Positions 50,601 through 63,627 of a DNA stretch of 64,000 nucleotides are shown one piece after another. Source of the stretch: Euprymna scolopes (Eukaryota). Within the stretch, counting starts at the first letter, position 1. Each line of letters begins with the position of its first letter. The notes under the pieces were generated by a model that was given only the letters and a program-made list of their open reading frames with translations, did not search any database and had not been told where the DNA came from. The stretch lies in NCBI GenBank assembly GCA_053919585.1, contig CM132800.1; one strand, written 5' to 3'. Both the position numbers and the translations under genes were made by a program.

Positions 50601-50887
50601 TTACTCTACCCTCCCACTACTGGAAATGGTTTCTTCCAGGGGCTAAAAAACGGACCCCCCCCCCCGCTAACTTCTGTGTGATGAGATTTATTCATATAGA
50701 AATAAATACGCATTGCTCTTTGTTATAGAGAGGTGGCTATCTACAAGTGAATATGGTCTTGGTTTGAAAATGCTAACATCAACAACCAATAATCTCTTAA
50801 TTAGGAGAACTCTGTTTTAATCACACGAAATTAGATTAACATCAAACAGTATCCATTACTCGATTCAAAGGATATAACAACCTCCGC

Positions 50888-50938
<51 letters not shown>

Positions 50939-51623
50939 TCTGAGTTTTCAAGCTTTGTTTCTCGTAATGTATGGAAGAGAAACCTGATCAGTGAGGACAG
51001 TTTTAAATCTTGGACAATATAGCGAGATGTGGGCAGAACAAAAGACTTTCTTTCGAATATGTCCACATTGGAAGAATGGATGAAAGTTTTTTTTGGTTTG
51101 TAGATGTAGAATAGTTAAGCTAATAGGTTTAGTTTACAAGAGAAGGTCAATGAAAACCTGGAATGATGTGATAAAATCAATTGTATTAAAAGCACTTATT
51201 TTTTTTTTTTTATAAAGACCTGGCAGAGCTACATAAGTTTAGATGTCAATTTTTTAAAGTCGTCCAGCACATTCCACCATGTTTAAGGAACGTTAAACCG
51301 AATATGGTGATTTCTTCCAGAATTTCAAGGAATCGAAACCTGAATTTAGTATCTATCCAAGATGATATTGTTTCTCAATGAACTGATATTTCTACCTATG
51401 ATTGTCCACTCTATCTCAAAGTGTTGATCTTTGGCACTTCAGTGAAAGTCTGATGAATCAGCACAATTGCCAATGGTATACTCTTTGTTTCGCAGAGTAT
51501 TACGTAGTGTCTATTGTCAGGAACAAAAAAAAAGTGCAAATTAAAGAACATTTGAAGTAAAATGTTGTTTTTAAAAATTTTTTTTTTAAACCTCGTATTA
51601 AACATTTCTTGGAATTTATAATA

Positions 51624-52237
51624 CAGGGTGTCCAAAAAGTCACTGAATGGGTTTTGGACTAAAATAGATTTATTTTTGATATCTTTTTGTAATTTAAACA
51701 ATTGACTGAGGCTTTGGGAAATTTAAAAATAAATAAATAAATAAAATAAAAAATGCAAAATTCAAACACTTTATTTATGAAAAATGTCTTTTAAATGTTG
51801 CCCATTTTCAGCTTCGCATATTTGTGCTCTTTCCAAAACATTATTCATGACAGATTGCAGAATCTCTGAATTATGATTTAACTCCCTTATTTCGTTCCTG
51901 ATGTTTTCCTTCGATTCTTGCAGTGACTTTTTGGATACCCTAAATCCTGCAAGAATTGAAGGAAAACGTCAGGAACGAAATAAGGGAGTTAAATCGCAAT
52001 CCAGAGATTCTGCAATCTGTCATGAATAATGTTTTGGAAAGAGCACAAATATGCGAAGCTGAAAATGGGCAACATTTAAAAGACATTATTCATAGTGTTT
52101 GAATTTTGCATTTTATTTTATTTTTAAAATGTTTTCCAATCTCTTTGTCAGATTGTGTTAAAATTACAGAAAGAGGTCATCAGAAATAAAGAATCTGTTT
52201 AAGTTCAAAACCCTTCAGTGATTTTTTGGACACCCTG
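51624..52237. mobile_element. Fold-back Tc1/mariner-superfamily element made of two transposon 3' halves
   Basis: TA|CAGGGTGTCCAAAAAGTCACTGAA ... TTCAGTGATTTTTTGGACACCCTG|TA. The arms are mutual reverse complements. 51947-52102 encodes LQELKENVRNEI...ERAQICEAENGQHLKDII, a transposase C-terminus of the DD37D/DD41D type. Confidence 0.9.
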
Positions 52238-52293
52238 TATTAAGCCCAAATTGCTCATTACTCCTTTTTTTTTTTTCTTTCATTTTATTATCT

Positions 52294-52324
<31 letters not shown>

Positions 52325-52994
52325 TGAATTCAGGTAAACAAAATTTGACTATAATAATATCCTACTCTTTTTATTGAGCACTATCAGCAACCCGATTAAA
52401 TTTAATGGTTTAGTACTTTAACCTGGAATAAATATATATTATTAGCATAGCATAACCGTCATTGCTGGAGAATGAATGTGTACCCTTGTATTCAGCCTTC
52501 GCCCTCATACTATCATTTTTATAAATTTTTAAGCATAAGTTATACATGGTTGTATGTGAAAAATTAAATTATTGACATAATTCTGTGATATTTTTTTATA
52601 TGGATACTTTTGTAATAGATAGTACTTTTTTTGCTAAAATTTTATTTTTGGACTTCATCGAAAAAATAACATTATTCGCAAATCAATATTTAACCGTATA
52701 GAAGAGAAATGAAATACTTTGCTATTGTTACCCCCCCCCTCCCCTTATATAAATAGGCTAATGCTTCCAGTTAATGAAAAAATTAATCAATTTAAGAAAT
52801 AAGAATTGGATTTGAATTTTTTTTTACCTTCAATTAATTTGTATTTTTTGTGTGTACATACTGTACTTGTCCTTATTAAATGAGGAAATAACATTAAAAT
52901 AATTCAAGACAGTTAAGATAAGGTTTGAAGTGATCTCAATCGATACTTGAATCGTATGTGTTAAAAATAGAATAAGTGTAGTTAGGTGTGTGTG

Positions 52995-53040
<46 letters not shown>

Positions 53041-53636
53041 CTTGAAGAGTCATTATGTATATGGCCCTGAGGTCACTCTAGCATAAGAGTTAAGTGTTAT
53101 ATAGATGGCGAGCCATGACCAATAATGGTAGATCATTTAAGAGAATGGCTCAGCAGGAGCTGTAGTCAGATGTGAAGTAGCCACACGATATTGTGTTCCA
53201 CAGACGGACAGTTTTAGGAAAGAACTCTGCTCACGGAACTTTCATTTGCTGTTAGGCACAGACAGGAAGTGAGGGAAGTTGTTGACGGTTGTAGTTATAT
53301 GGGTATTTGTTGCAAACGTTTTACAAAGAGGGACCATAGATTGGAGCTCAGTCAAGTACCTACCATAAAAGTAGTGTGTATAGGATTTACCTGTAAACTA
53401 ATTAACCACTCATGAATTTTGGATTGCAGTTATTAGGTGTAAGGGTGTGTAATATTGGTATGTTTAGTTTTATGGATTGGGTGTTAGCAGAATGGTGATG
53501 AAAGCCCTTTATGAAATTTAGATATCTCCAATTTTGGTGTAATTTTAACCATAATATTAGATATCAATTAATAAATATGACTAAAATTTTAGTTGTATAA
53601 AGAGATTTTTGGGGAGAGGGATTGAATATTGCCTCA

Positions 53637-54200
53637 AACTATCGAGGAATAGTTCTAATAGCCATTTTTGCCAAACTATAATATGCAATCTTGTTAAATC
53701 GAATCTGACCTGAAATTAAGAAAGTCTTTGGACAAAATCAAAATGGTTTTCGCAAAAATAGATCAACGTCTGCACAAATCTTAATGGTTCGGAGGATTAT
53801 GGAAGGCATACGTGAAAGAAATCTGAAAGCCATTCTGCCGTTCGGGGATTTCTCTAAGGCTTTTGATTCCATTCTCAGAGCAAAGATAAAGGAAATTCTT
53901 CTGGCATGTGGTATCCCAAATGAGATTGATAAAAATAATCATAATAATCCTGTACAGCAGGGCACAGTTCATGGTATTAACACCAAATTCTTTTTAGATA
54001 ACTGCTGGTGTTCTTAAGGATGACACCATAGCTCCCTATCTATTATAATCTGTCTTGATTATATCCTCTGTATGTCAATCGAAAATGGTACCTGCAAGGA
54101 GCAGGAGGTATCCTGTGGAAAAACTTATCGGCACAGATTATACTGATAACCTTGTAACTTTTTACTGATGTATCTCAACGAGCAGAAGCCCTACCACACT
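53637..54200 (+). mobile_element. Decayed RTE-clade LINE RT fragment
   Basis: NYRGI...ILLNRI...NQNGFRKNRSTSAQIL.VRRIMEG...DFSKAFDSI; degenerate YADD (gattatactgataac). Confidence 0.85.
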
Positions 54201-54289
54201 GTTTCAAAGAAATGACAAATTCTTTTAACACAAGCAAAAAAAGCGCATTCTACTAAGTCAACAAAGAAATATCTTATTTTATTCTCCAT

Positions 54290-55150
54290 AAGTAATACAA
54301 CACTTTTCTGTCCAGAACAGAAGGCAGGTTTGGATGATGACATAGCCTTTGATAAGGTGTGGCATAAGTAATTTACTGGATGAATATTTAATTATATTCT
54401 TCCCAGTTAAAAGAAAGATCCAGGTTATCCTCAACATTTATGTGAGTGTATCCCAGTGATTGATCCTTGAACCTTTATTGTTCCAGAATTTCATAAACAA
54501 CCTCCCTGATGAAATTGTCTGAGATGTGTATATTTACTGATAACATCACACTATTTTCGACATCTGGGTAAAACAAACGTTCACATATCCAAGTCAGTGG
54601 CTGAATCTTTGGAAAACGACTTTCAACCTGTAGTTGAATGAGGGTGCATCTAATTGCCATGGCAAATAGCATCCTACCTGAGAGTCAATCATTCAAACTT
54701 CTCAGCTTAACATTTGCAAGCAACACAAATTGGAACAAATACATAGAAGATACTGCCAAGTTTACTACAAAGGAAGTGGGCTCCCGCTACTAGATTAAAA
54801 AATTTTCACGCTTGCTGATATACTATATCTTTACAAAGCCACTATTCACCCATACATTGCCATGTTGCATCTGGGCTGGCGCACCAACCACAAGTCTCTT
54901 CCTCTTAGGCAGGATTCTAAAAAAGTCTCTAATTTAATAAGTTCCACACTATTTACAAAGTTCCAGTCCCTGTTCCATCACCGCAATATTGGATTTCTGT
55001 ACTTGTTTTACAAGTATTTCAATGAAATAGCTGCTTTGGTGCACCCTCACCGCAAATACACCCAACGAATCGGACAATCAGCTAAATCCTATCCTTTTAC
55101 TGTGAATGCCCCGAGATGCTGTAGGGCTTTCTACTCTGATAGCTTTTTTG
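54290..55150 (+). mobile_element. Decayed LINE family A-like RT fragment
   Basis: AFDKVWH, INNLPDEI, IFTDN, YLYKATIHP, HHRNIG..LFYKYF. Confidence 0.85.
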
Positions 55151-55252
55151 TTCTTGAAAATTTGTTTATTAATAAAAATAGCTTCTTCTTTTGCACACTC
55201 TTAATAACCTCGGTAGATTCATTAGTTATCACTCTTGAATACTTATAACTTG

Positions 55253-55314
<62 letters not shown>

Positions 55315-55539
55315 TCCTATAAAAAAAAAAAAAATTTGTGTGTATTGGTATTGATATTAAAACCCTTTTTTTCTATTTATTTAAAAAGAAAATACAATTG
55401 TTAGATATGGGTCGTATAATTTCATTCATCTACAAAAGATCTAGCTAATTTGCATATTCTTTTAATTCCCTATTAATTTTTTCGGTTTTCTTATGGGATG
55501 ATCATCTTTATTTTATTATTTTTTGTTTTTTATTTATTT

Positions 55540-56086
55540 CTTTTTTTAAACAGTGGTCACCACTTATCAAGGCCCGGAAGCCACTCAGGGATAAGGGTTA
55601 TTGCAAGTACATTACATTAGTGTGGAGATTTGATGAAGTGTTTACTTAAGGGGGCAGTTCATTAGGAATTTGTTAAAGTTGGACTTGAAGACATCCAAGT
55701 TGTAATCAGGTGGGAAGCAGGCAGACGGAACAGAGTTCCACAGGCATGCAGTTCTAAGAAAGAAGCTTTGTTCATGGAATCCATGTTTTGATTTAGGCAC
55801 AGATAAAGAGTGGGGGAAATTTTTCACAGTGGATTCGGCTAGACGAGTGTTTTTCGTGAAAGATTGGCGAGGAGAGACCAGAGATTGGAGTTCAGACGAG
55901 CACCTGCCATGGAAATAACGATAAAACAACGATAGGCTCGCAACGTCTCTTCTGTGGGAGAGAGGTTGCAGGGTAGAGAAAAGGACATACCTCACTAAGC
56001 CACAAAGTCTATTTTGTACTCTGTCAAGGCATGATAGGCTGTTTTTAGCAGCTCCTGCCCAGATATGGCAGCAGAATTCCATCCAT
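55540..56086 (-). mobile_element. LINE family B 3' fragment (146 intact codons)
   Basis: MEFCCHIWAGAA...LQPLSHRRDVASLSLFYRYFHGRCSSEL...LWNSVP; 3'UTR and A-tail. Confidence 0.93.
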
Positions 56087-56158
56087 AGTTTAGTTGACTA
56101 TTATGTGTAATTATATTCATTCAGATATTTTGCATGATTTAGTAAACACAAACCTCTT

Positions 56159-56317
56159 TCTATATATATTTGTTTAAAAAGTTTTGCCTACCAAACTCCT
56201 GTCAGTTTTTGGTCTACTGACATGAAACTTAACATATAGGGTATTAAAACCCATGTGGAACTTTGTATTTGTGTTTTAGCCAGGGAAAATCGGTGCAAAA
56301 GTGTGAAAATTTAAATA

Positions 56318-56356
<39 letters not shown>

Positions 56357-56671
56357 GCCAGGTGAAGGTTGAACGGCAACATTACGAATATGCATGCGTA
56401 ATGTAATAGCTATTGGTTCATGTTTGAATTTTTAGCCTTGCAGCAAACGTCTTCATAGCTCAGGCATTAATGTCAAAGGAAAAAGTAAATCGTAAACTAA
56501 ACGTTTTGGTTTGGATTCTCTGTGGTGGCTCACAAGTTTTTTTGTTTTTTTTTAAACATTTGAAATCATTAGTATATTATATTGGGTCCAATATAATAAA
56601 TAAGCAATCTACATGAATCAAAAGATATTTAAGCCTATTTTATGACCGGACAATGCCAGGTGGCCTTCTAG
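56159..56671 (+). mobile_element. Non-autonomous Helitron-like element
   Basis: TCtatatatatttg ... gaccggacaatgccaggtggccttCTAG; a similar 3' end lies at 46640-46669. Confidence 0.5.
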
Positions 56672-57049
56672 AATATATTTATAATGTTCCACTATCAGTA
56701 ACCTAAGAAATCTAACAATACTGAATCTGTTTTTTATGATAACAATTTACTGCAGATTCATGAATAATCTAATCATCGGAAGTACATTAATAAACAGCGT
56801 AACAGTTTTATATATTTTATTGCAAAAAATATTGACTTCATATTCAAATTTATAATAGCGTTTCAGAGTTTGTTATTGCACTTCCGGTAATAAGATGAAG
56901 CATAAAACTGTAGTAAAGTATAAAGATAAGCCACATTTATAAATAACCATGGTATTCACTCGGCAGTCAGTGTTCGTATGAAGGGGTAAGTTTTTATAGT
57001 AGACAACAGAATGAAAACGTGGTCAAAAAACATGTGTAACAAATAAATG

Positions 57050-57391
57050 TTACCAAAGACAATATAAGTTGCTCGTCGACCTAGCTGGATAAGATTTTGG
57101 TGTTTTAACTTATTTTAAAGCGTTTAAGTTTGGAATGCAAGTAGTGCTGAGTTGCTAAGAAATCCACCCAATAAATCTCACAGTGATATTTATTTTGTAG
57201 ATTTCTGCCAATATTTTTTTATTTTCGAATTTTGAGTGATTCTTGAAACTTTAAAGGTGACAGGCTCATGTCATCTTTGTTTTCATTCTGACTCGACACT
57301 ACTTGCTTACAAGCTCAATAAACACTTTAAAATAAGGTAAAACATCTAATACTTATCCAGCTAGGCAAGAAGAATAACTTGCTTTTGGTAA
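57050..57391. mobile_element. MITE-like inverted repeat (~70-bp arms)
   Basis: ttaccaaag...cctagctggataag...ttattttaaagcgttt vs aaacactttaaaataagg...cttatccagctagg...ttttggtaa. Confidence 0.6.
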
Positions 57392-57840
57392 GATACCCGT
57401 ATGAAGATATATTTCTGGTCAGGAAGTTTCTTTAAGAAAAATAATTTTAAATATATTCATGCTTACAATTTTTGCCTTCAAGAAAAGTTTAAAAAATGAT
57501 GTCCAATATGAAGTCAAGTAATTAAAAAAAACTGTTAAGGTGATGGTGTCCTTAAAAAAATTTCTTATAGATGCAGTTTTTCTTAATGTTTCTGTGAAAT
57601 GACTAATGACTTTAATTTCTATTTCTTCTATAGTCATTTTAAATCTTAAAAATACAAATAAAAATTATTTAAATGTTTAAAACCATTTTTTTTTATTACA
57701 TGCGTCGCTGAAATATTATTTTTCTTTTAATCTTAATTTAATTTTTATTTAATCTTAATTTAATCCTAATTTAATTTTTCAAAGAAAATCTGTAAAAAAA
57801 AAAAAAAAAAAAAAAAAATGAATTTGTTTTTCTATAAATT

Positions 57841-58345
57841 TGGAATCCTTTGAGAAGAGGCTTCATAATTGGTGTATTCGTGATTTTTTTAAATTTCTGT
57901 TCTCATCTTCATAGTTGTTGTTTCACCACGTTTCAGCCAACTCATCCTCTGGCCTTCTTCAAGTCGTTAACCGTGACGAGATAGGAATGCTGAGTCTTGT
58001 AACTGTCTCCAGTAATTACTACTTTCCATGGTTGTTATCTTACCCTGTTTCGGCCAGCTAATCCTCTGGCTGGCTTTCAGTAGGATTGAAACCACTATTT
58101 TCAGACAATGCTCACCTGGAACTGTAGAGAACGCTTCTATCCACTTCGCCACGGGCCCGAAGCAAGCCAGAGGACAGTTGGCCAAAACGTGTTTAGACAA
58201 CAACAATGGAAGGCAGTAATTACTGGGAATACAATTAAATACAAGATTCAGCATTCCTATCTTGTCACAGTTAACCACCTGATGAAAGTCAGAAAATGGC
58301 CGAAACGTGATGATGCAACAACTATGGAGATGAGGATAAGTCCAC
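57841..58345. mobile_element. Nested double fold-back element with four hammerhead-like motifs
   Basis: Outer arms 57901-58020 and 58213-58340 match the 34.2-kb element. Inner arms 58021-58080 and 58156-58212 are a related hammerhead-like pair. Right outer core cac-CTGATGA-A-AGTCA-gaaaa-TGGCC-GAAAC-GTG. Confidence 0.85.
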
Positions 58346-59779
58346 AAAAAGTAATGAATACATCAATCTCGTTTCTTTATTCTAATATATATTTGTTATC
58401 TTGTGAACATAACCGATAACTGGCTCTAGTGACCCTAGATGGAATGTAGCAAAATTTCAATAGCATTTTTAACTTACTTGAAAAATTTGATCCATATTAA
58501 AACTTATTTGGATGACCTGTTAACATTTCTGTAACACCTTAACAAATATTAAAATATTTTTCCACACATTAACATTTTTTTCAAGTTAGTTTCTAACTGA
58601 ATATAATTTTTTATTCTTGGTTTTGATTCAACAATTTTAAAAGGTTTATAAAAATGATTTGTATTGTAAGACAAAATTACAAATAGCTAAAATAATTTGA
58701 AAAAAAAATTAGTGACAGTTTTTTTTTTTTTTTCCTGTTTTTAACAGCTGAGTATTATTTATAAAACCGTTGCTAGGCAGGGAGAAATAAAATCTTTCAT
58801 TTTCTATTTTTTTTTGTGAGAGAGATAAGTTTAATACTAAAGAAACTAAGCCTCCCCATCTCTTTCCTTGTTTTTCTCGTCATCACTTGACCCCCCCCCC
58901 TCTCCGTTTTCCTCTGCTCTCTCTTCTTTCTCCCTTCTCCACTAGTTTCATCTGGCAGCCTTACATCTCTCTTCTCTCTCAGATTAATAATGTATTTTTT
59001 TTTATATATAAACACTTAAAGTAAATTTGTGATAAATATTCTTTGTTTATATATCGACTACTAATTCATGTATCAAGGCCCATTTCAATCTGTTATCCCA
59101 TCACAGCTGCTTGTTGTGATTAGTTTAAATGGAGTTGGATTAAGAGGATTATCAGATTTAAATAATCCTCATCAGATTTTTGTCAACTGTATTCTCAACT
59201 AATTAAAATCGTTGTCATTCATGTCCTGGTTAGAATCTGTATACCCCCTCCCTCCTCTAATTACAATAACTTAAATGCATGTTACTTTCCTAGAGGTCTT
59301 TGTATCATCATTCAATTTTTTTATGAACACAATATTTTTACAAAATTTGATAATTTAATAAATATTAGCTCAAAAACAATGGAGATTTCTGATGTGCAGG
59401 TACATATCACTTGGAAAGTCATTTGTCTATTTTGAACTGGTTTATTTATTTTTTTTTTTTGTGGGAAGTTTTGTGCATCTTGACCACCAGTTAGATCTAA
59501 TTGGTGGCTAATTATCCCCCCCCCCCACCATCTCAATCTCTAAGTGATTAACTTGTAAGAAAACCAAGAAATCTTTCTTGGAAAAAACAAAAAACAAAAC
59601 AAAAAAAAAAAACCCTACTTTCTACTATATTCGAGATGATCAAGTAAATGAAACCCGGATATTTCCAACAACCACAGTAAAGTATTTAAATAAAATAATG
59701 AGACTTTGTAGAATATACAATCAGTCACTTTGATTTTTTTTTTTTTTTCTAGTACTAATTTGTGAAATTATATATATTA

Positions 59780-60235
59780 CTGGCAGGGGTATCTTGCGTT
59801 GCCCTGGGGTGGAGAGGTTTTATGGTAAGGGTATTGAGCAAGGGAGCCCTTAAAAAAAAAAATGAAAAAATTATCCGCAGTAACCAGGTGCGAACCTATA
59901 GTGCTAAGAGAAAAAGGAGGTAAAAAAAAAAAAAGGAAACGCTTTAGCCGCCGCACCTACCATGATTTATGACATCATGGGCGTTCAAAATAAGGTTAGT
60001 CTCTGGCGTATGATGACTTTGCAAAAATGTTGACATAAAAACTGACCCCTCCCTGCAAAGAACGGCTCAGTTGACCAGCACAGAATTAATGTTTTCAGAC
60101 AATTTTTGGATATTTGTCATCAGAAAATCCGATCTTTCTAACGATACCGATTTTGTCAGTGTTTGTCACCTATAGAAAGTTTTTACTAGATATACAAACA
60201 TACACGTACATACATTTTGTCTTTTATATTATAGA
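59780..60235 (-). mobile_element. Non-autonomous Helitron-like element
   Basis: Minus 5' end a|TCtataatataaaagac; degenerate 3' hairpin plus CCAG near 59780. Confidence 0.55.
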
Positions 60236-60727
60236 TAACTCCTTCCCCTGAGATTCTAAGATGTGAAAAAAAAAATAAATAAAAAATAATGCTCGATTAC
60301 AGGAATCAGAGCATATTATTAATAAAGCATAAGAAATACAGGTGTTTGTCCATTAAGGAAACGGAGTTCATGAAGCTACAGGCTTAGTTTATTGCAAACT
60401 TAGCACAAGGATTTTTATGTATCTTGTTTATATATGCTAAAGTTCTTTTGAGGTATTACCTGCAACATAAAAGATTATGCATTATTGAAAACTTTCATTA
60501 TGCAAATTTAAAAAGTAAAATATAGCACTGATGTTAATAGTTATTAGTGTAAGTATGTTTGACTGAAATTTTTTATGTATCTTTGTTACGACAAGGTGCA
60601 GTTAAAACTAAGTATTATGGTATCCATTCAATGTAAGTTAGGGACTATTAACCAGAATACCACCTATACTCTTGAAGTTTGGTATAAAGCACTCATTCTG
60701 ACTCAGTGAGCTATAACTTCTAGTCTA

Positions 60728-60798
<71 letters not shown>

Positions 60799-60849
60799 AT
60801 GTATGTTCTGAACTTAAAAACAACAAAAAACGATCCCTGTAACTTATGT

Positions 60850-61210
60850 TCAAGATAGTAGCCCCCTACATCAAAATGGCACTTCTTATGGAATAAAAAT
60901 AAAAATAATGAAATTAATAAATTCAAGCGATTTTCAAACAGATTCTTGAATTATTTTTTTCCCTATCAAAATTAAGCAAGAAAAAACAAAACACAACCAT
61001 TGAAATTCAAAATTCTTCTAAAATGAACAGAAACCATTGTAGGAATTCAAATAATTTTTTAAACAAATTGAGATCTAGCAATGTGTACACCATTGAGCTA
61101 TTACCCCAACATTTGTGTGAATTTAAAGGAATTTCGGAATTCCCTTCCTGCTTCCCTTGTACTGATATGCAGAAGTTTAAATGTAACATAAACCAACATC
61201 TTGTTAATCT
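60850..61210 (+). mobile_element. Two LINE family A 3' fragments
   Basis: gatagtagccccctacatcaaaatggca + A-tail (60853-60905); SCFPCTDMQKFKCNINQHL (61140-61205). Confidence 0.7.
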
Positions 61211-61296
61211 TATGAATGGTCCCAAGAGGTGTTAGGGGTAAACGTGAGTAAAAAAGATTTTAAAAGTATGATTAGTAACTGTTCCTATTTTTTATT

Positions 61297-61334
<38 letters not shown>

Positions 61335-62249
61335 GAACATTTTAATCCAAACATTTTAAAACGTATGCTACCTTGATAATAAAATCCAATGTATTTTGAA
61401 AAAAATCTTCATCAGTAAATATTTGTTTATCGCCACAATAAAGCAAAAAAAATTAAATTAATGCAACCACCAACATTTTAAAATTGTTCATTTAGCTTAT
61501 TTGCCTTATTTTCTTTTTTTTTCACAGACCAATGGGAATTCTTTAGAATTCTATCATTTTGTAGCCCAAAGTCAAAGACAATCCAAAAATTTTATTTTCT
61601 TTGAAAATTTCCGCCATTAATTCTATTAATTAAAATGATACATGCAGCAAATATATATATAAAGGAAAAAACAAATAATTAAAGAACACTTACTATAATC
61701 TTTATTGTCCTGTGTTTTCTTTTTTGTTTCTTCATTTTTTCACAAACCAGTACAAAGCTTTTTATCATGTCGTTTTTAATTATCTATTTACTTCCGGTAT
61801 TAACCTATTAAACAAGTTCCTGTTTCAATACAAACTTACCTTTGCATTATTTTAATATTCCTTTATTATTATTAATAATAATAATTACGTTTTTATTGCT
61901 ATCAATACAATCTAAAACTCAAAGGCAACGTTTACTGCTGCATGGATGCTCTTAACTTCCAATTAATTAACCTCTTCCCCATCTTTTTTTTTTCTTTTTT
62001 TTTTTTTTAATTTGTAATTTCTGATTTTTTATTTTTACCATTATAATAATTATATTAATTAAAAATTCCAGTACAATTCTTTCATTTTTTAAATCTTTAA
62101 ATTTTTTACTTTGTGGTAAAACATTCTCCGTTATAAAGCCTTTTTGAAAATATCTTAGATTTTATTATCAAAAGAATGTATGCTTTTCAAATTAAAAAAA
62201 AAAATAATTTGAATAAAAATGTTTTGGCTCTTTTTTAAACACATTCAAA

Positions 62250-62750
62250 ACATTCATTGAATTATTATGTTTGCAGTACTCAATTTGCATACATCTCCCT
62301 GTACTGTCCAAATTTCATGTTACTCTGAAATCAACAGATCTGAGTCTTTTAGACTTGCATTATACATCCATCATATTCTCATATCATTTCTCTCCATGCA
62401 ACACCTATCCTCAACCCTCACAGAACAAGTGCCACTTCCATTGTGCAAATATGTGAGATAGCTTCTTCCCTTGGTTGACAATAGTAATGCTTTGTTGATT
62501 AGTAATGACAGAAGCTTCTTGAACTTATTCCATATATTCAAAACTTTTGCTATCCCACTAGCTCCTCCCTGTGCTCCGGTCGTATCACCAACGTAACAAA
62601 ACTTTTGGACAGCCTCAGTAATAACCTCAGTATCTAAATATATTTCCTCCATATCTGAGTTGCCATGCATCTCCGTTGTCGTACACTTCTTGCACACAAA
62701 CTGGTTATCATCTCCCAACCTACCTGTAATTTTACTGCACTATTGATTAA
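62250..62750 (-). mobile_element. Decayed RTE-clade LINE (PHD-like Cys motif followed by RT C-terminal region)
   Basis: CSKITGRLGDDNQFVCKKC...VQKFCYVGD..GAQGG...WNKFKKL..LL.....L.TKGR.Y...MERNDMRI. Confidence 0.8.
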
Positions 62751-63513
62751 AAGATTCTATCCAAGTCCTCTGAATTAAATCTGTGCACTAATGAACCAGT
62801 CCTACGTGTTGATATTTAATAGGCTTACTTTTTGGTCAGAACATTTGGGGGTACCTCATCCAGAACAAACGTGAACAAAATATATGAAATCAATGGCAAG
62901 AAGATTAGCTTACTTAGCGCTACACCAGGTGGCTTGTGTTTATTGTTAGATATCACACGGACACCCGGGTATGATGACATCATTAACAAAATAGACTGTT
63001 GTGCACCCACACATACATGCACACATTTGTTATAATACTCACTTAAACTAATGAATTATTTATATATGACTCTGTACTTCTGTTTACAATTAGAATATGT
63101 TTGCTCTTTTTATTATCTTGATATTAGTGAATCAATTAAAACATCTTGTTCAAACTGTAATAGATTTGTATAATGACCTTTTTCTCCCATGCGTTATTAT
63201 ACTTGAATTAGAGCAAAGAAAAATAAGTTATTCGCTGACAAAGAAAGAAAAATATATAAACAGGTATACTGTGCATGTCTCCAAAACAGCGCAGCTACAT
63301 GGTAAACAGCTGATGATCCCCGTTTTCTATTTTCCAATTTAAGTTGAGGTTTAGCGTTAATTTTTTTTATTGTTATATAATTGACCCCCCCCCCTTTTAT
63401 TGTAAATTTTCTGGTGCTAAGTTTGTGATATGGTGAACTTAATATCTCTAGGAATTTAAACTGCATTTTCCAAAATAAAATATTTAAAGCTTCTGTAGAC
63501 ATATATAACGAAA

Positions 63514-63627
63514 TATACAGCAAAATCATGTTGACTCACTGATTCTCATTAGATCATGGAAGTTAAGTGATATTGAATTTGGCCAGTATCAGATGGGTGA
63601 CCATTTGGGAATACTAGATGCTGTATG
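63514..63627 (+). mobile_element. 5S rRNA-derived SINE head / 5S pseudogene
   Basis: tacagcaaaatcatgttg...gatcatggaagttaag...gtatcagatgggtgaccatttgggaatactagatgctgta; CpGs of 5S decayed. Confidence 0.75.

Larger units (their letters stand above)
10658..60791. repeat. Dispersed microsatellites: (TA)n at ~10658, 14531, 19905, 40884, 44135, 44443, 45613, 46436, 52998, 55261, 60743; (GT/CA)n at ~11312, 13418, 23980, 50889
   Basis: Read directly; the span marks first to last tract, not a continuous feature. Confidence 0.95.
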
